Part shown: positions 16,957-27,837 of the stretch, in pieces | How the letters are laid out: each line of letters opens with the position of its first letter | Numbering within the stretch: the stretch's first letter is position 1 | DNA from: an uncultured virus (IMG/VR IMGVR_UViG_3300011756_000031) | Taxonomy: Duplodnaviria > Heunggongvirae > Uroviricota > Caudoviricetes | Reading direction: 5' to 3' (one strand) | Length of the DNA: 64,000 bases | Virus record (IMG/VR): IMGVR_UViG_3300011756_000031 | Notes under the pieces: generated by a model | Database searches by the model: none | What the model was told of the DNA's origin: nothing | The model's input: only the letters and a program-made list of their open reading frames with translations | Program-made: the position numbers and the translations under genes

Positions 16957-17496
16957 TTAAAAACTACGAGGAGCGGTGGATAGTACACTTGAAATTTCGT
17001 CTTTTGATAAATTCCAACTACGGTTCACGGCATCAATTTTTTTATATTCATTGAGCATTGCGTTATATAGATGCTCGGTATGAGAGTGGGTATCGGCGAT
17101 TGGTTGTTGTTGCTCAGGGTAGCGATCAAATTTCTGATACGCCTCAATGATGCTGAAGTAATCGCATTCATTATTCCCATCAAAGCCGGGAATCTGGATG
17201 TCCCCATCATGGATTTTAAGGTGATGGTCTTTCGTCAATGCTTTCTGCTCATCTTCATTAAGTTTTCTAAATGCATTAGAAAGGCCACGATACATGTCCA
17301 AAACAGATGCTACGAAATCACGGTCCTCTTTGCTTGGTTCATCGCTATCCAGCCACGAATGGTGGGCTTTCAAGACCCACGTATTGCCTGACGAAACAGC
17401 ATATTTAACGATCTCTGGATCAATATCAGTTTCGATTCCCAGATGAATGGCAATATCGCACAACAAGATTGTATTAATTTTGTCCTGAATATCCAT
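16957..17496 (-). CDS. YfbU-family protein (moron)
   Basis: FVASVLDMYR...GFDGNNE..Y motif; antisense to the late operon; terminator hairpin at about 16929-16951. Confidence 0.75.
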   Translation of the reverse strand: MDIQDKINTILLCDIAIHLGIETDIDPEIVKYAVSSGNTWVLKAHHSWLDSDEPSKEDRDFVASVLDMYRGLSNAFRKLNEDEQKALTKDHHLKIHDGDIQIPGFDGNNECDYFSIIEAYQKFDRYPEQQQPIADTHSHTEHLYNAMLNEYKKIDAVNRSWNLSKDEISSVLSTAPRSF

Positions 17497-17647
17497 GAAG
17501 TAACCCTCTGAAGTAAAAGGCTAATATCAACACGTCTTTGCTCGTTGAGTCTATAGATCCAGCTCACATCAACATCAAATACCGGCATGAAAGTACTTGG
17601 AACAGTGCCTGGTACATATCCATTGCAATGTGTAAAGAGAGCTTTAT

Positions 17648-17998
17648 ATGCCGCCGCGCACACCGAAGGCCTGTCGCGTTCGCGGCTGCCGTTCGACAAC
17701 CACAGACCCTTCAGGCTATTGCGATGCACACAAGGGGCAAGGCTGGAAGCAATACAAGCCCGGCCAGACACGGCACCAGCGTGGCTACGGCACAAAGTGG
17801 GAAGGCATACGTGAGCGCATCCTGAAGCGTGACAAAGGACTTTGCCAGGATCATCTGAAGCAGGGCGTCGCTAAGTCGGCTTCATGCGTTGACCACATCG
17901 TCCCTAAAGCGCATGGCGGCATCGACGATGACTCCAACCTACAGAGCCTGTGCTGGTCCTGCCACGCCCGCAAGACCGCGCGCGATCGCCTCAAATAA
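17648..17998 (+). CDS. HNH endonuclease (terminase-associated)
   Basis: RGYG..W, VDHIVP..GG...NLQSLC..CH. Confidence 0.93.
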   Translation: MPPRTPKACRVRGCRSTTTDPSGYCDAHKGQGWKQYKPGQTRHQRGYGTKWEGIRERILKRDKGLCQDHLKQGVAKSASCVDHIVPKAHGGIDDDSNLQSLCWSCHARKTARDRLK

Positions 17999-18019
17999 GA
18001 GTGATTCTCGATTGTGTCA

Positions 18020-18112
18020 GGCCGGGGGTGGGGGGGGGCAAATCCCTGCGGCCGGACGCCTTCCGGACTGCCCGCCTCCTCGTTTTTTTATACCCGCGAA
18101 AAATCAAATTTA
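18020..18112 (+). other. probable cos/packaging region
   Basis: Between HNH and terS; G-run, GCCCGCCTCC, T-tract, as in HK97/phiP27-like phages; exact cut site not determinable. Confidence 0.5.
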
Positions 18113-18128
18113 ACCAGGAGTGTCGCTT

Positions 18129-18623
18129 ATGGCTGGAACGGCGGGGCGTTCCGGGCGCCGCCCAAAGCCAACGGCGCGCAAGGAGCTTGCCGGGAACCCC
18201 GGTAAGCGAGCCCTGAATAAAGAAGAACCGGTGTTCACCCCGATCAAGGGCGTGGCACCGCCGGACTGGTTTGAAGAAGAGAATCTGCCGCTTGCGGCGA
18301 TCATGTGGGAACTGACCACAAAAGAGTTATGCGGCCAGGGCCTGATCTGCGTTACCGATCTCGCCGTGCTCGAGCGCTGGTGTGTTGCTTATGAGTTCTG
18401 GCGCCGGGCGGTAAAGAATATCGCTGTGGAAGGTCTGTCCATAACGGGCGCAATGGGCGGCAAGATAAAGAACCCTGAGCTGACAGCGAAGAAAGAACAG
18501 GAATCGGAGATGAGCTCTACCGGTTCAATGCTGGGCCTCGACCCCAGCAGTCGCCAGCGTCTGGTCGGGCTCGCCGGCCAGAAGAAAACCTCCAACCCAT
18601 TCCTGAAGATGATTAACGCATGA
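18129..18623 (+). CDS. terminase small subunit (P27 family)
   Basis: [24 protein letters not shown]. Confidence 0.92.
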   Translation: MAGTAGRSGRRPKPTARKELAGNPGKRALNKEEPVFTPIKGVAPPDWFEEENLPLAAIMWELTTKELCGQGLICVTDLAVLERWCVAYEFWRRAVKNIAVEGLSITGAMGGKIKNPELTAKKEQESEMSSTGSMLGLDPSSRQRLVGLAGQKKTSNPFLKMINA

Positions 18624-20353
18624 GCCGCAAATCGTACCCCAACGTTAACGCCGCGAATCAGTACGCCCGCAACGTTGTGCGGGGGAAGATCCCGGCGTGC
18701 CAGTATGTCATCCAGGCCTGTCAGCGCCATATCGACGATATGGCTCAGGAGAAGAGCCGTAAATTCCGGTACCGCTTTGACAAAGATATGGCGGAGAAGG
18801 CCGCGAAGTTTATTCAGCTGTTGCCGCACACGAAGGGAGAGTGGGCATTCAAGAGGATGCCGATCACCCTTGAGCCGTGGCAACTTTTTATCGTCTGCTG
18901 CGCCTTTGGCTGGGTGCAGAAGGGGACGAGGCTTCGCCGTTTCCGTGAGGTCTACACCGAGATCCCCCGCAAGAACGGCAAGTCGGCCATCTCTGCTGGC
19001 GTGGCGCTGTACTGTTTCACCTGTGATAACGAGTTTGGTGCCGAGGTCTACTCTGGCGCCACGACGGAAAAGCAGGCGTGGGAGGTATTCCGGCCCGCGC
19101 GCCTGATGTGCAAGCGCACCCCGCTGCTGGTGGAGGCGTTCGGCATTGAGGTCAATGCATCAAACCTGAACCGGCCGGAAGACGGTGCCCGCTTCGAACC
19201 GCTGATTGGTAACCCTGGTGATGGATCCTCGCCACACTGCGCGATAGTCGACGAATATCACGAACACCCGACCGACGCGCTGTACACCACGATGCTGACG
19301 GGTATGGGCGCGCGACGACAGCCGCTGATGTGGGCTATCACCACCGCGGGCTACAACATTGAGGGGCCGTGTTACGACAAGCGGCGCGAAGTGATTGAGA
19401 TGCTGAATGGCTCGGTGCCCAACGAGGAGCTGTTCGGCGTGATTTATACGGTCGATGAAGGCGACGACTGGACCGATCCGAAGGTGCTGGAGAAGGCAAA
19501 CCCGAACATAGGAGTGTCGGTCTACCGCGATTTCCTGCTGAGCCAGCAACAGCGTGCCGTGAACAACGCCCGGCAGGCAGGGGTGTTTAAAACCAAGCAC
19601 CTCAATATCTGGGTCGCTGCCCGGGCCGCGTTCTTTAACCTGGTGTCCTGGCAGAACTGCGAAGACAAGACGCTGAACCTGGAGAAGTTCGAGGGGCAAC
19701 CCTGTGTGCTTGGGTTCGACCTGGCGCGCAAACTGGATATGAACAGCATGGCGCGCCTGTTTACCCGTGAAATCGACGGGAAGACGCATTACTACTGCGT
19801 GGCGCCGCGCTTCTGGGTGCCCTATGACACGGTATACAGCGTCGAAAAGAACGAGGACCGCCGGACCGCTGAACGTTTTCAGAAATGGGTAGAGATGGGG
19901 TTACTGACGGTAACTGACGGGGCAGAGGTGGATTACCGCTACATCCTTGAAGAGGCGAAGGCGGCGAATAAGCTGAACCCGGTCAGTGAATCACCGATTG
20001 ACCCGTTCGGTGCCACCGGCCTTTCACACGATTTGGCCGATGAAGAGCTGAACCCCGTCACCATCATTCAGAACTACACCAACATGTCTGACCCGATGAA
20101 GGAACTGGAAGCTGCCATTGAGTCAGGCCGCTTTCATCACGACGGCAACCCGATCATGAGCTGGTGTATCAGTAACGTGGTTGGCAAGCATCTGCCCGGT
20201 AACGACGATGTGGTTAAGCCCATCAAAGAGCAGAACGAAAACAAAATCGACGGCGCGGTTGCGCTGATCATGACTATCGGGCGGGCAATGCTCAAAGAGC
20301 CTGGCGATTTCCTCTCATCTCTTGATCCGGACGACGACCTCCTAATTCTATGA
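18620..20353 (+). CDS. terminase large subunit
   Basis: Walker A IPRKNGKS, Walker [15 protein letters not shown]. Confidence 0.97.
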   Translation: MSRKSYPNVNAANQYARNVVRGKIPACQYVIQACQRHIDDMAQEKSRKFRYRFDKDMAEKAAKFIQLLPHTKGEWAFKRMPITLEPWQLFIVCCAFGWVQKGTRLRRFREVYTEIPRKNGKSAISAGVALYCFTCDNEFGAEVYSGATTEKQAWEVFRPARLMCKRTPLLVEAFGIEVNASNLNRPEDGARFEPLIGNPGDGSSPHCAIVDEYHEHPTDALYTTMLTGMGARRQPLMWAITTAGYNIEGPCYDKRREVIEMLNGSVPNEELFGVIYTVDEGDDWTDPKVLEKANPNIGVSVYRDFLLSQQQRAVNNARQAGVFKTKHLNIWVAARAAFFNLVSWQNCEDKTLNLEKFEGQPCVLGFDLARKLDMNSMARLFTREIDGKTHYYCVAPRFWVPYDTVYSVEKNEDRRTAERFQKWVEMGLLTVTDGAEVDYRYILEEAKAANKLNPVSESPIDPFGATGLSHDLADEELNPVTIIQNYTNMSDPMKELEAAIESGRFHHDGNPIMSWCISNVVGKHLPGNDDVVKPIKEQNENKIDGAVALIMTIGRAMLKEPGDFLSSLDPDDDLLIL

Positions 20354-20511
20354 AATCACTTTTTGCTGATGTTATCGGGCTGGCCGGTTTCGGTTTGCTC
20401 ACGTCCGGGGTTTACCTGCGTTTTGGTCTGGCCCCGGCTCTCATGTTCTCCGGCGGCCTGTTACTGCTGGGCGCTCTGGCGATGGCCAGAAGGGGGAAGC
20501 GTGTTTCTTGA
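20350..20511 (+). CDS. small membrane protein between terL and portal
   Basis: [17 protein letters not shown]..., 53 aa, overlaps both neighbours (below the ORF track cut-off). Confidence 0.65.
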   Translation: MKSLFADVIGLAGFGLLTSGVYLRFGLAPALMFSGGLLLLGALAMARRGKRVS

Positions 20512-21727
20512 TGCCTTGTTCAGAAACGAATCACTGGAGAACCCGGCAACTCCACTTACCGGCGAGACAGTCGATGCCGACGGGCTATTCCGGGCTGATG
20601 TGTACGTAAGCCCGGAAACGGCCATGAAGCTGGCCGCGGTATACGCCTGTATCTATGTCCTGTCCTCAAACCTTGCCCAGATGCCGCTGCACGTCATGCG
20701 AAAGCACAACGGCAAAGTTGAACCGGCACGGGATCACCCGGCTTTTTATCTGGTGCACGATGAGCCAAACACCTGGCAAACCAGCTACAAATGGCGGGAG
20801 CTGAAACAGCGCCACATCCTCGGCTGGGGTAACGGATACACCTGGGTTAAGCGCAGCCGCCGCGGTGAAGTGATCTCCCTTGATTGTTGCATGCCATGGG
20901 AAACCACGCTGATTAATACTGGCGGCCGGTACACCTACGGGCTTTACAACGAAGAGGGGGCTTTCGCAATCAGCCCCGACGATATGATCCACATCCGGGC
21001 GCTGGGGAATAACCAGAAAATGGGCCTCAGTCCGGTGATGCAGCATGCCGAAACAATCGGCATGGGCATGAGCGGGCAGAAATACACCGAGAGCTTTTTT
21101 AACGGTAATGCCCGACCTGCCGGGATCGTCTCGGTAAAAACAACGTTGGATAAAACCAGCTGGGACAGGCTGAAAGAACAGTGGAAAAAAGCAGCCCAGG
21201 CGTTACGCAGCCAGGAAAACAAAACGATGCTGCTGCCCGCAGACCTGGACTATAAAGCGCTGACCGTGTCGCCGATTGACGCCCAGATCATCGACATGTC
21301 AAAGCTCAACCGCTCAATGATTGCCGGGATCTTCAACGTGCCGGCACACATGATCAACGATCTGGAAAAAGCCACCTACAGCAACATCACGCAGCAGGCC
21401 ATTCAGTTTGTTCGCTACTCGATGATGCCCTGGGTGACGAACTGGGAGCAGGAACTTAACCGTCGCCTGTTTACCCGCGCCGAGATGGCTGCCGGGTATT
21501 ACGTCCGGTTTAACCTCACGGGTCTGTTACGTGGCACCCCTCAGGAGCGCGCGCAGTTCTATCACTTTGCGATCACCGACGGCTGGATGAGCCGCAATGA
21601 AGCCCGCGCTTTCGAGGATATGAACCCGGTCGATGGCCTGGACGAAATGCTCGTCAGCGTCAACGCCGCCAACCCGGCGGACGATTTCAAAACCACCAAA
21701 ACCGAAAAGGAAAAAACCGATGAGTGA
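20501..21727 (+). CDS. HK97-family portal protein
   Basis: AVYACI, GWGNGY, GLSP, NEARAFED; GTG start 20501. Confidence 0.95.
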   Translation: MFLDALFRNESLENPATPLTGETVDADGLFRADVYVSPETAMKLAAVYACIYVLSSNLAQMPLHVMRKHNGKVEPARDHPAFYLVHDEPNTWQTSYKWRELKQRHILGWGNGYTWVKRSRRGEVISLDCCMPWETTLINTGGRYTYGLYNEEGAFAISPDDMIHIRALGNNQKMGLSPVMQHAETIGMGMSGQKYTESFFNGNARPAGIVSVKTTLDKTSWDRLKEQWKKAAQALRSQENKTMLLPADLDYKALTVSPIDAQIIDMSKLNRSMIAGIFNVPAHMINDLEKATYSNITQQAIQFVRYSMMPWVTNWEQELNRRLFTRAEMAAGYYVRFNLTGLLRGTPQERAQFYHFAITDGWMSRNEARAFEDMNPVDGLDEMLVSVNAANPADDFKTTKTEKEKTDE

Positions 21728-22319
21728 TCGCGAGACTCGCTGTTACAGCGGTGAGGTCCGTGCCGAACAGCAGGGGGAGCAACCCACGCGCATTATCGGT
21801 TACGGATCGGTGTTTAACAGCCGCTCCGAACCCCTCTGGGGATTCCGCGAGATTATTAAGCCCGGCGCTTTCGATGACGTGCTGGGTGACGATATCCGCG
21901 GGCTATTTAACCATGACCCGAACTTTATTCTCGGGCGCAGCGCTTCCGGTACGTTGAGCGTCAGCGTCGATGATAAAGGGCTTCGCTACGACATCGCGGC
22001 ACCTGACACCCAGACCATCCGCGATCTGGTGCTGGCACCGATGATGCGCGGCGACATCACCCAGTCTTCCTTCGCATTCCGTATCGCCCATGACGGCGAA
22101 CACTGGTACCAGGACGATGAGGGTATCGTCATTCGCGAGATTAACCGCTTTTCCCGGCTCTTTGATGTCAGTCCGGTGACCTATCCGGCCTATCAGGATG
22201 CCGATTCCGGGGTTCGCTCCATGAAAGCCTGGCAGGAGGCGCGCGACAGCGGCGCGCTGGCGCAAGCCATTAACCAACGAACGGCGCGCGAGCGCATGCT
22301 GACTCTTCTTAACGCGTAA
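21720..22319 (+). CDS. HK97-family prohead protease
   Basis: LFNHD, SSFAF, DVSPVTYPAY. Confidence 0.95.
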   Translation: MSDRETRCYSGEVRAEQQGEQPTRIIGYGSVFNSRSEPLWGFREIIKPGAFDDVLGDDIRGLFNHDPNFILGRSASGTLSVSVDDKGLRYDIAAPDTQTIRDLVLAPMMRGDITQSSFAFRIAHDGEHWYQDDEGIVIREINRFSRLFDVSPVTYPAYQDADSGVRSMKAWQEARDSGALAQAINQRTARERMLTLLNA

Positions 22320-22328
22320 GGAAAAACC

Positions 22329-23549
22329 ATGAAATTGCATGAACTGAAGCAAAAACGTAACACCATTGCCCGCGAGATGCGTGCTCTGCATGAGGGTATC
22401 CCTGAAAACACCACCTGGACTGAAGAGCAGCGTACCCAGTGGAATAAAGCAAAACACGAGCTGGATGCGCTCGACGAACAAATCGGCCGCGAAGAAGAGT
22501 TGCGCCGTCACGATCAGAGCTACGTTGACGAGCAGGAGCCGGAACAGCGCCAGCGCCAGGAAAATCCGGAGAAGCAGGCTGAAGGGCGACGCGCCGCAGC
22601 ATTTGATCGCCTTCTGCGCCACGGATTCGGTGAGCTGACTGCCGAAGAACGCCAGGCCGTTAAAGAGCTTCGCGCCCAGGGCACCACCCCTGACGATAAG
22701 GGCGGCTATACCGTACCTACCCAGATGCGCAATACCATCATCGATGCCATGAAAGCCTATGGCGGGGTCGTGAGCGTTGCTCAGATTCTCAATACGTCGA
22801 ACGGCCAGGATATTACCTGGTCCACTTCTGACGGTACCGCTGAAGAAGGTGAGCTGCTTGCAGAGAACACCGCGGCTACCGAAGGTGATGTGACCTTTGG
22901 CACGGCGATCCTGGGAGCTAAAAAGCTTTCATCCAAAATCATCCGCGTCTCCAACGAGTTGCTACAGGACAGCGGCGTTGATATCGAAGCATACCTGGCG
23001 GGGCGTATTGCGCAGCGCATTGGCCGCGGTGAAGCTAAATATCTGGTGCAGGGTACTGGCGCCGGCACGCCACTTCAGCCTAAGGGTCTTGTGGCTTCTG
23101 TAACTGGCACCACACAATCCTCAGCGGCGGCGGCCTTTAACTGGAAGGATATGAATACGCTGATCCACTCCCTCGATCCGGCATATCGTGGCGGCCCATC
23201 TTTCCGCTGGGCATTCAATGACACGACGTTGCAGAACATCGAGCAAATGGAGGATTCGCAGGGCCGTCCATTATGGCTGCCGGATATTACTGGCGGTTCT
23301 CCAGCGACTGTTCTGGGTATTCCGTATGTTATTGACCAGGCTATCGATAGTGCCGCCGCGAGCAAAAAATTCATTTTCCTGGGTGATTTCAACCGCTTTA
23401 TTGTTCGCCGTGTTTCATACATGACCCTGAAGCGCCTGGTTGAACGCTACGCTGAATACGATCAGACGGCGTTCCTGGCCTTCCATCGCTTCGACTGTGT
23501 GCTTGAAGATACTGCGGCGATCAAAGCGCTGGTGGGCAAAGCGCCGTAA
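22329..23549 (+). CDS. major capsid protein (HK97 fold)
   Basis: N-terminal delta-domain coiled coil, GGYTVP, VSNELLQDS. Confidence 0.95.
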   Translation: MKLHELKQKRNTIAREMRALHEGIPENTTWTEEQRTQWNKAKHELDALDEQIGREEELRRHDQSYVDEQEPEQRQRQENPEKQAEGRRAAAFDRLLRHGFGELTAEERQAVKELRAQGTTPDDKGGYTVPTQMRNTIIDAMKAYGGVVSVAQILNTSNGQDITWSTSDGTAEEGELLAENTAATEGDVTFGTAILGAKKLSSKIIRVSNELLQDSGVDIEAYLAGRIAQRIGRGEAKYLVQGTGAGTPLQPKGLVASVTGTTQSSAAAAFNWKDMNTLIHSLDPAYRGGPSFRWAFNDTTLQNIEQMEDSQGRPLWLPDITGGSPATVLGIPYVIDQAIDSAAASKKFIFLGDFNRFIVRRVSYMTLKRLVERYAEYDQTAFLAFHRFDCVLEDTAAIKALVGKAP

Positions 23550-23621
23550 TAAAGAACACCGTTAAAGATGCCGCGAAAGCGGTTTTTTTATGCCCGTCAT
23601 CTGGCGGGCATGGAGATTTTT

Positions 23622-23945
23622 ATGCTGCTTAAACTCAGTGAAATTAAGCTCCAGTTGCGGCTGGAGGACGATTACACCGAAGAGGATGAGTTGCTGACGG
23701 TGATAGGGAGTGCGGTTCAGGCCAGAACAGTGAGCTTTCTTAATCGGACTCTGTATGCAGCAGATGCTGGCATCCCGGATACCGATCCTGACGGGCTGGT
23801 TATGACGGACGATATCCGGCTGGGGATGCTGTTGCTGGCCACCCACTTTTACGAAAACCGCTCATCTGTTTCAGAAGTCGAAAAAACAGAGATGCCGCAG
23901 TCATTCACCTGGCTGGTCGGCCCCTACCGGTTCATACCGCTATGA
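23622..23945 (+). CDS. head-tail connector (gp6-like)
   Basis: IKLQLRLE.D..EDELL, HFYENR. Confidence 0.9.
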   Translation: MLLKLSEIKLQLRLEDDYTEEDELLTVIGSAVQARTVSFLNRTLYAADAGIPDTDPDGLVMTDDIRLGMLLLATHFYENRSSVSEVEKTEMPQSFTWLVGPYRFIPL

Positions 23946-24355
23946 AACTTCGCCAGGCGCAAACCAGCGCGACTTATCTGCTGCCAGATCCGGGGGAGCT
24001 GGATAAACGGGTGCTGCTCCGTAAGCGGGTCGATGTGCCAGCGGCTGATCTCGGTACCCGTCCTGATTACCCCGAGTCTTATCCGGTCTGGGCAAAGGTT
24101 GTCCAGACCAGTGCAACCACTTACCAGGAAACGGCTCAGACCGACAACGCGATCACGCACTACATCACCGTGCGCTGGCGCCGCGGGATCACCAGTGATT
24201 TTGAAGTGGTGCAGGGTGAACAGGTGTACCGCGTCAGGCGGGGCCGCGATCTGAACGGTAAGCGGCGCTACCTGCTGCTCGAGTGTACCGAGCTGGGCAC
24301 TGAGCCAGCAACAACCGGAGGGAACAGTAATGGCAACTCCCTTTTTTCACGTTGA
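23942..24355 (+). CDS. head closure / head-tail adaptor
   Basis: PGELDKRV, VWAKV, synteny. Confidence 0.85.
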   Translation: MKLRQAQTSATYLLPDPGELDKRVLLRKRVDVPAADLGTRPDYPESYPVWAKVVQTSATTYQETAQTDNAITHYITVRWRRGITSDFEVVQGEQVYRVRRGRDLNGKRRYLLLECTELGTEPATTGGNSNGNSLFSR

Positions 24356-24833
24356 TATTCAGCAGCCCAAAGAGATGCGCTTCAACCGGGCGCGCGTCCG
24401 CCGGGCCTTCGTCCATATCGGGCAGCGCCACATGCGGGACGCCCGCCGCCTGGTGATGAAACGGGGACGGTCTGAGCCTGGCGAAAACCCCGCGTACCAG
24501 AGCGGCCGACTGGCAAAATCCATCGGATATATGGTGCCCAGGGCCAGCAGGAACCGGCCGGGATTTATGACACGTATCGCGCCAAACCAGAGAAACGGGC
24601 AGGGCAACCGGCTCATAACCGGCGACTTCTACCCGGCATTTCTGTTCTACGGTGTGCGGGGCGGCGCAAAACGTCGGCGCGGCCACCATCGGGGTGCATC
24701 CGGGGGGAATGGCTGGCGGCTGGCACCCCGTAACAACTTCATGGTCGAAACGCTCCAGAGAAACAGCACCTGGACGCGCTACTACCTGGCGCGCGAGCTG
24801 CGCCTCTCACTCAAGCCGGAGAAACGCCGCTGA
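24330..24833 (+). CDS. neck / virion morphogenesis protein
   Basis: Arg-rich, SEPGENP...G.LAKSI, APR. Confidence 0.75.
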   Translation: MATPFFHVDIQQPKEMRFNRARVRRAFVHIGQRHMRDARRLVMKRGRSEPGENPAYQSGRLAKSIGYMVPRASRNRPGFMTRIAPNQRNGQGNRLITGDFYPAFLFYGVRGGAKRRRGHHRGASGGNGWRLAPRNNFMVETLQRNSTWTRYYLARELRLSLKPEKRR

Positions 24834-25393
24834 TGAAACTGACGCCAGTTATTGCCACCCTGCGCGCCCGCTGCCCTTTATTTCAGAACCGGGTGGCCGG
24901 TGCCGCGCAGTTTAAGGATCTGCCTGAGGTCGGCAAGATGTTGCTGCCCGCGGCCTATGTGGTACCGGGCGATGATTCGCCGGGGGAACAAAAAAGCCAG
25001 ACAGATTACTGGCAGACGCTGCGCGAGGGCTTCTCCGTAATTGTGTTCGTCAGTAACAGCCGTGACGAACGCGGCCAGTTTGCTTCCTTCGATGTGGTGC
25101 ATGAAGTTCGCCAGGCACTCTTTAAAGCGCTGCTGGGCTGGAACCCGGAAGAATACGGCAACCCCATCACCTATGACGGCGGCACGCTGCTGGATGTGAA
25201 CCGGCACGAGCTGAGTTATCAGTTCGACTTCGTCGTTGAGTCTGAGCTGACAGAAGACGACACCCGGCAGCAGGACGATCTGAACGCGCTGGATGAGTTC
25301 AAAACCCTTTCCATCGATGTCGATTTTATCGATCCGGGCCACGGGCCAGACGGTGAAATCGAACACCACATTGAAATCAACCTTCCCACCTGA
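24833..25393 (+). CDS. tail terminator (Mu gp37-like)
   Basis: LPAAYVVP, ALLGWNP; synteny. Confidence 0.75.
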   Translation: MKLTPVIATLRARCPLFQNRVAGAAQFKDLPEVGKMLLPAAYVVPGDDSPGEQKSQTDYWQTLREGFSVIVFVSNSRDERGQFASFDVVHEVRQALFKALLGWNPEEYGNPITYDGGTLLDVNRHELSYQFDFVVESELTEDDTRQQDDLNALDEFKTLSIDVDFIDPGHGPDGEIEHHIEINLPT

Positions 25394-25401
25394 GGAAAAC
25401 C

Positions 25402-25584
25402 ATGTTTGTAAAACCCAAAAAAGGGCGGTCAGTCCATGACCCGCTCCGAGGCGACCTTTTGCCTGAGGAAGGGCGAAACGTTGAAGAGAGCCAGTACTGG
25501 TACCGTCGGGAAATCGACGGGGATATTGCAATTGTTCAGCCGGAAAAAGGCGACGAACCGGAAAATAAGGCGAGCACTAAATGA
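25402..25584 (+). CDS. DUF2635 / Mu gp38-like protein
   Basis: FVKP..GRSV.DP...YW.RR..DGD. Confidence 0.8.
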   Translation: MFVKPKKGRSVHDPLRGDLLPEEGRNVEESQYWYRREIDGDIAIVQPEKGDEPENKASTK

Positions 25585-27077
25585 CAGTATCGATGAACAC
25601 CATCCCGTCTGATCTCCGCGTTCCGCTGTTTTATGCGGAGATGGACAACAGCGCGGCGAATACAGCCCAGACCAGCGCCCCTTCGCTTCTAATCGGCCAT
25701 GCTAACGCGGGTGCCAGCATCGCCACCAACCAGCTGGTTTTCATGCCGACAGCCGATTACGCGGTTCGGGTTGCTGGCGCTGGCAGCCAGCTGGCGCGCA
25801 TGGTCGAGGCGTACCGTAAAACCGACCCCTTCGGCGAACTCTGGGTTATCGCTGTGCCGGAACCGACCGGAACGGCAGCTACGGTCACCCTGACGGTAAC
25901 AGGCTCTGCCCTGGCTGCTGGCGTGGTATCGCTTTATATCGGTAACCGCCGCATTCAGGCGGCCGTCAGTGCAAGTGATACGGTTGCCGCAATTGCCACA
26001 TCCATTGCCAGCGCCATTACCGCTGACGGGCGCTCGCCATACACTGCCGCTGCTGCCGCAGGTGTGGTGACGCTGACGGCGCGCCATAAGGGCACCTGGG
26101 CAAACGACATTCCGGTAACGCTGAATTACTACGGATTCAGCGGCGGCGAATCCCTGCCATCTGGCGTGAATATTGCGATCGCCACTGGTGCCTCAGGTAC
26201 CGGCGCGCCAGCGCTGAACGGAACGATCGCGGCGATGGGGGATGAGCCCTTCGATTATATCGGCCATCCGTTTAGCGACACGGCGTCAGTTAACACCATC
26301 AGCCAGGAAATGAACGATACCAGCGGGCGCTGGAGCTGGTTACGCCAGATTTACGGCCACGTCTACACCGCAAAAATTGCCGTTGTAAGCGATCTGATTA
26401 CCGCGGGTGACACGTTCAATGACCCCCACCTGACGATCGCCGGGTACGAAAAAACGGTGCAGTCCTGTGCTGACGAGCTGGCGGCCAGCCGCACCGCCCG
26501 CGCTGCAGTATTCCTGCGTGTCGACCCGGCCCGTCCGACGCAGACCGGCGAACTGGTGGGCATGCTGCCACCCCCGAGCGGTAAACGCTTCATCAAGACC
26601 GAGCAGCAATCCCTGTTAACGCACGGGATCGCGACGGCCTACACCGAAGGTGGCGTGCTGCGCATTCAGCGTGACATCACCACCTATAAGAAAAACGCTT
26701 ATGGCGTGGCCGATAACAGCTACCTGGACAGTGAAACGCTGCATACCAGCGCATACGTCCTGCGCCGCCTGAAGACGGTGATCACCAGTAAGTACGGGCG
26801 CCATAAGCTGGCGAACGACGGAACCCGCTTCGGCCCCGGCCAGGCGATTGTCACTCCGGCGGTGATCAAAGGGGAACTGCTGTCGACGTATCGACAGATG
26901 GAGCGCGAGGGGATCGTCGAAAACTTCGATCTGTTTAAAGCGCACCTGATTGTTGAGCGCGATGCAAATGACCCGTCCCGCATCAACGTGCTGTACCCAC
27001 CTGATTACGTTAACCAGCTGCGAGTGTTCGCGCTGCTTAACCAGTTCCGTCTTCAGTATGCAGAGGAGAGCGCATAA
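25581..27077 (+). CDS. tail sheath protein (Mu gpL-like)
   Basis: RVPLFYAEMDNS, DPARP.QT, PPDYVNQLRVFA. Confidence 0.95.
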   Translation: MTVSMNTIPSDLRVPLFYAEMDNSAANTAQTSAPSLLIGHANAGASIATNQLVFMPTADYAVRVAGAGSQLARMVEAYRKTDPFGELWVIAVPEPTGTAATVTLTVTGSALAAGVVSLYIGNRRIQAAVSASDTVAAIATSIASAITADGRSPYTAAAAAGVVTLTARHKGTWANDIPVTLNYYGFSGGESLPSGVNIAIATGASGTGAPALNGTIAAMGDEPFDYIGHPFSDTASVNTISQEMNDTSGRWSWLRQIYGHVYTAKIAVVSDLITAGDTFNDPHLTIAGYEKTVQSCADELAASRTARAAVFLRVDPARPTQTGELVGMLPPPSGKRFIKTEQQSLLTHGIATAYTEGGVLRIQRDITTYKKNAYGVADNSYLDSETLHTSAYVLRRLKTVITSKYGRHKLANDGTRFGPGQAIVTPAVIKGELLSTYRQMEREGIVENFDLFKAHLIVERDANDPSRINVLYPPDYVNQLRVFALLNQFRLQYAEESA

Positions 27078-27433
27078 TGGCGCGCATTGCTGGTACGTGT
27101 TACTTCAAGATTGACGGTCAGCAGCTGTCGCTGACCGGTGGTATCGAGGTGCCAATGAACACCACGATCAACGATGACCTCATTGGCATGGCCGGTGACG
27201 TCGACCGTAAGGAGACTCACCGCGCGCCTTATGTGAAGGGCACCTTCAAAGTGCCGAAAGAGTTTCCGGTCAACAAAGTGACGACTTCAGACCAGATGAC
27301 GATCACCGCTGAGCTGGCGAATGGTCAGGTCTATGTACTGTCATCTGCCTGGCTGCATGGCGAGGCAAACCACAACGCAGAGGAAGGCACCGCTGACCTC
27401 GAATTCCACGGTGAAGAGGGAGGTTATCAGTAA
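27077..27433 (+). CDS. tail tube protein
   Basis: RIAGTCYFKIDG; follows the sheath. Confidence 0.9.
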   Translation: MARIAGTCYFKIDGQQLSLTGGIEVPMNTTINDDLIGMAGDVDRKETHRAPYVKGTFKVPKEFPVNKVTTSDQMTITAELANGQVYVLSSAWLHGEANHNAEEGTADLEFHGEEGGYQ

Positions 27434-27720
27434 TGAAAGAGATTCAGCTTACAACCGCAGTACGGGCCCACGGCGAGGATTTGTATGTGCTCGAGCTTCG
27501 CGAGCCTACCGGGAAGGACGTTCGCGAGCTTGGCTTCCCGTACGTCACAACCGGCGACGCGGGCATCAAACTTGATGCAGGGGTAATTGCTAAATATGTT
27601 TCCCGGCTGGCAGGTATCCCGTTGAGTTCAGTTGACGCGATGTCCCCTGCGGATCTGAACAGCATCAGCTGGGACGTGGCTGGTTTTTTCCTCGGGACGT
27701 CAGCGCCGGAGAACTCCTGA
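27433..27720 (+). CDS. tail assembly chaperone (with -1 frameshift extension to 27845)
   Basis: LELREPT; ends in GGT TTT TTC slippery run; -1 frame open to TGA 27843-27845. Confidence 0.85.
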   Translation: MKEIQLTTAVRAHGEDLYVLELREPTGKDVRELGFPYVTTGDAGIKLDAGVIAKYVSRLAGIPLSSVDAMSPADLNSISWDVAGFFLGTSAPENS

Positions 27721-27837
27721 ATCATTACTTCGACTGCGCGAAGTACTGGAAAATAAATCCCATCGATCTACTCGCCGAGCCATTCTCGGCGTTAGAGCTC
27801 CTCGCCACCCAGGCCAACCGCATCAACAGAGAATCCA

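Noticed and set aside
18019..18040. G-quadruplex-like G-run
   Set aside because: G-runs are common just upstream of cos in HK97-like phages; nothing supports a separate function
20363..20500. Extended portal N-terminus from the ORF track
   Set aside because: The region is occupied by a 53-aa membrane gene in another frame; GTG 20501 has an RBS
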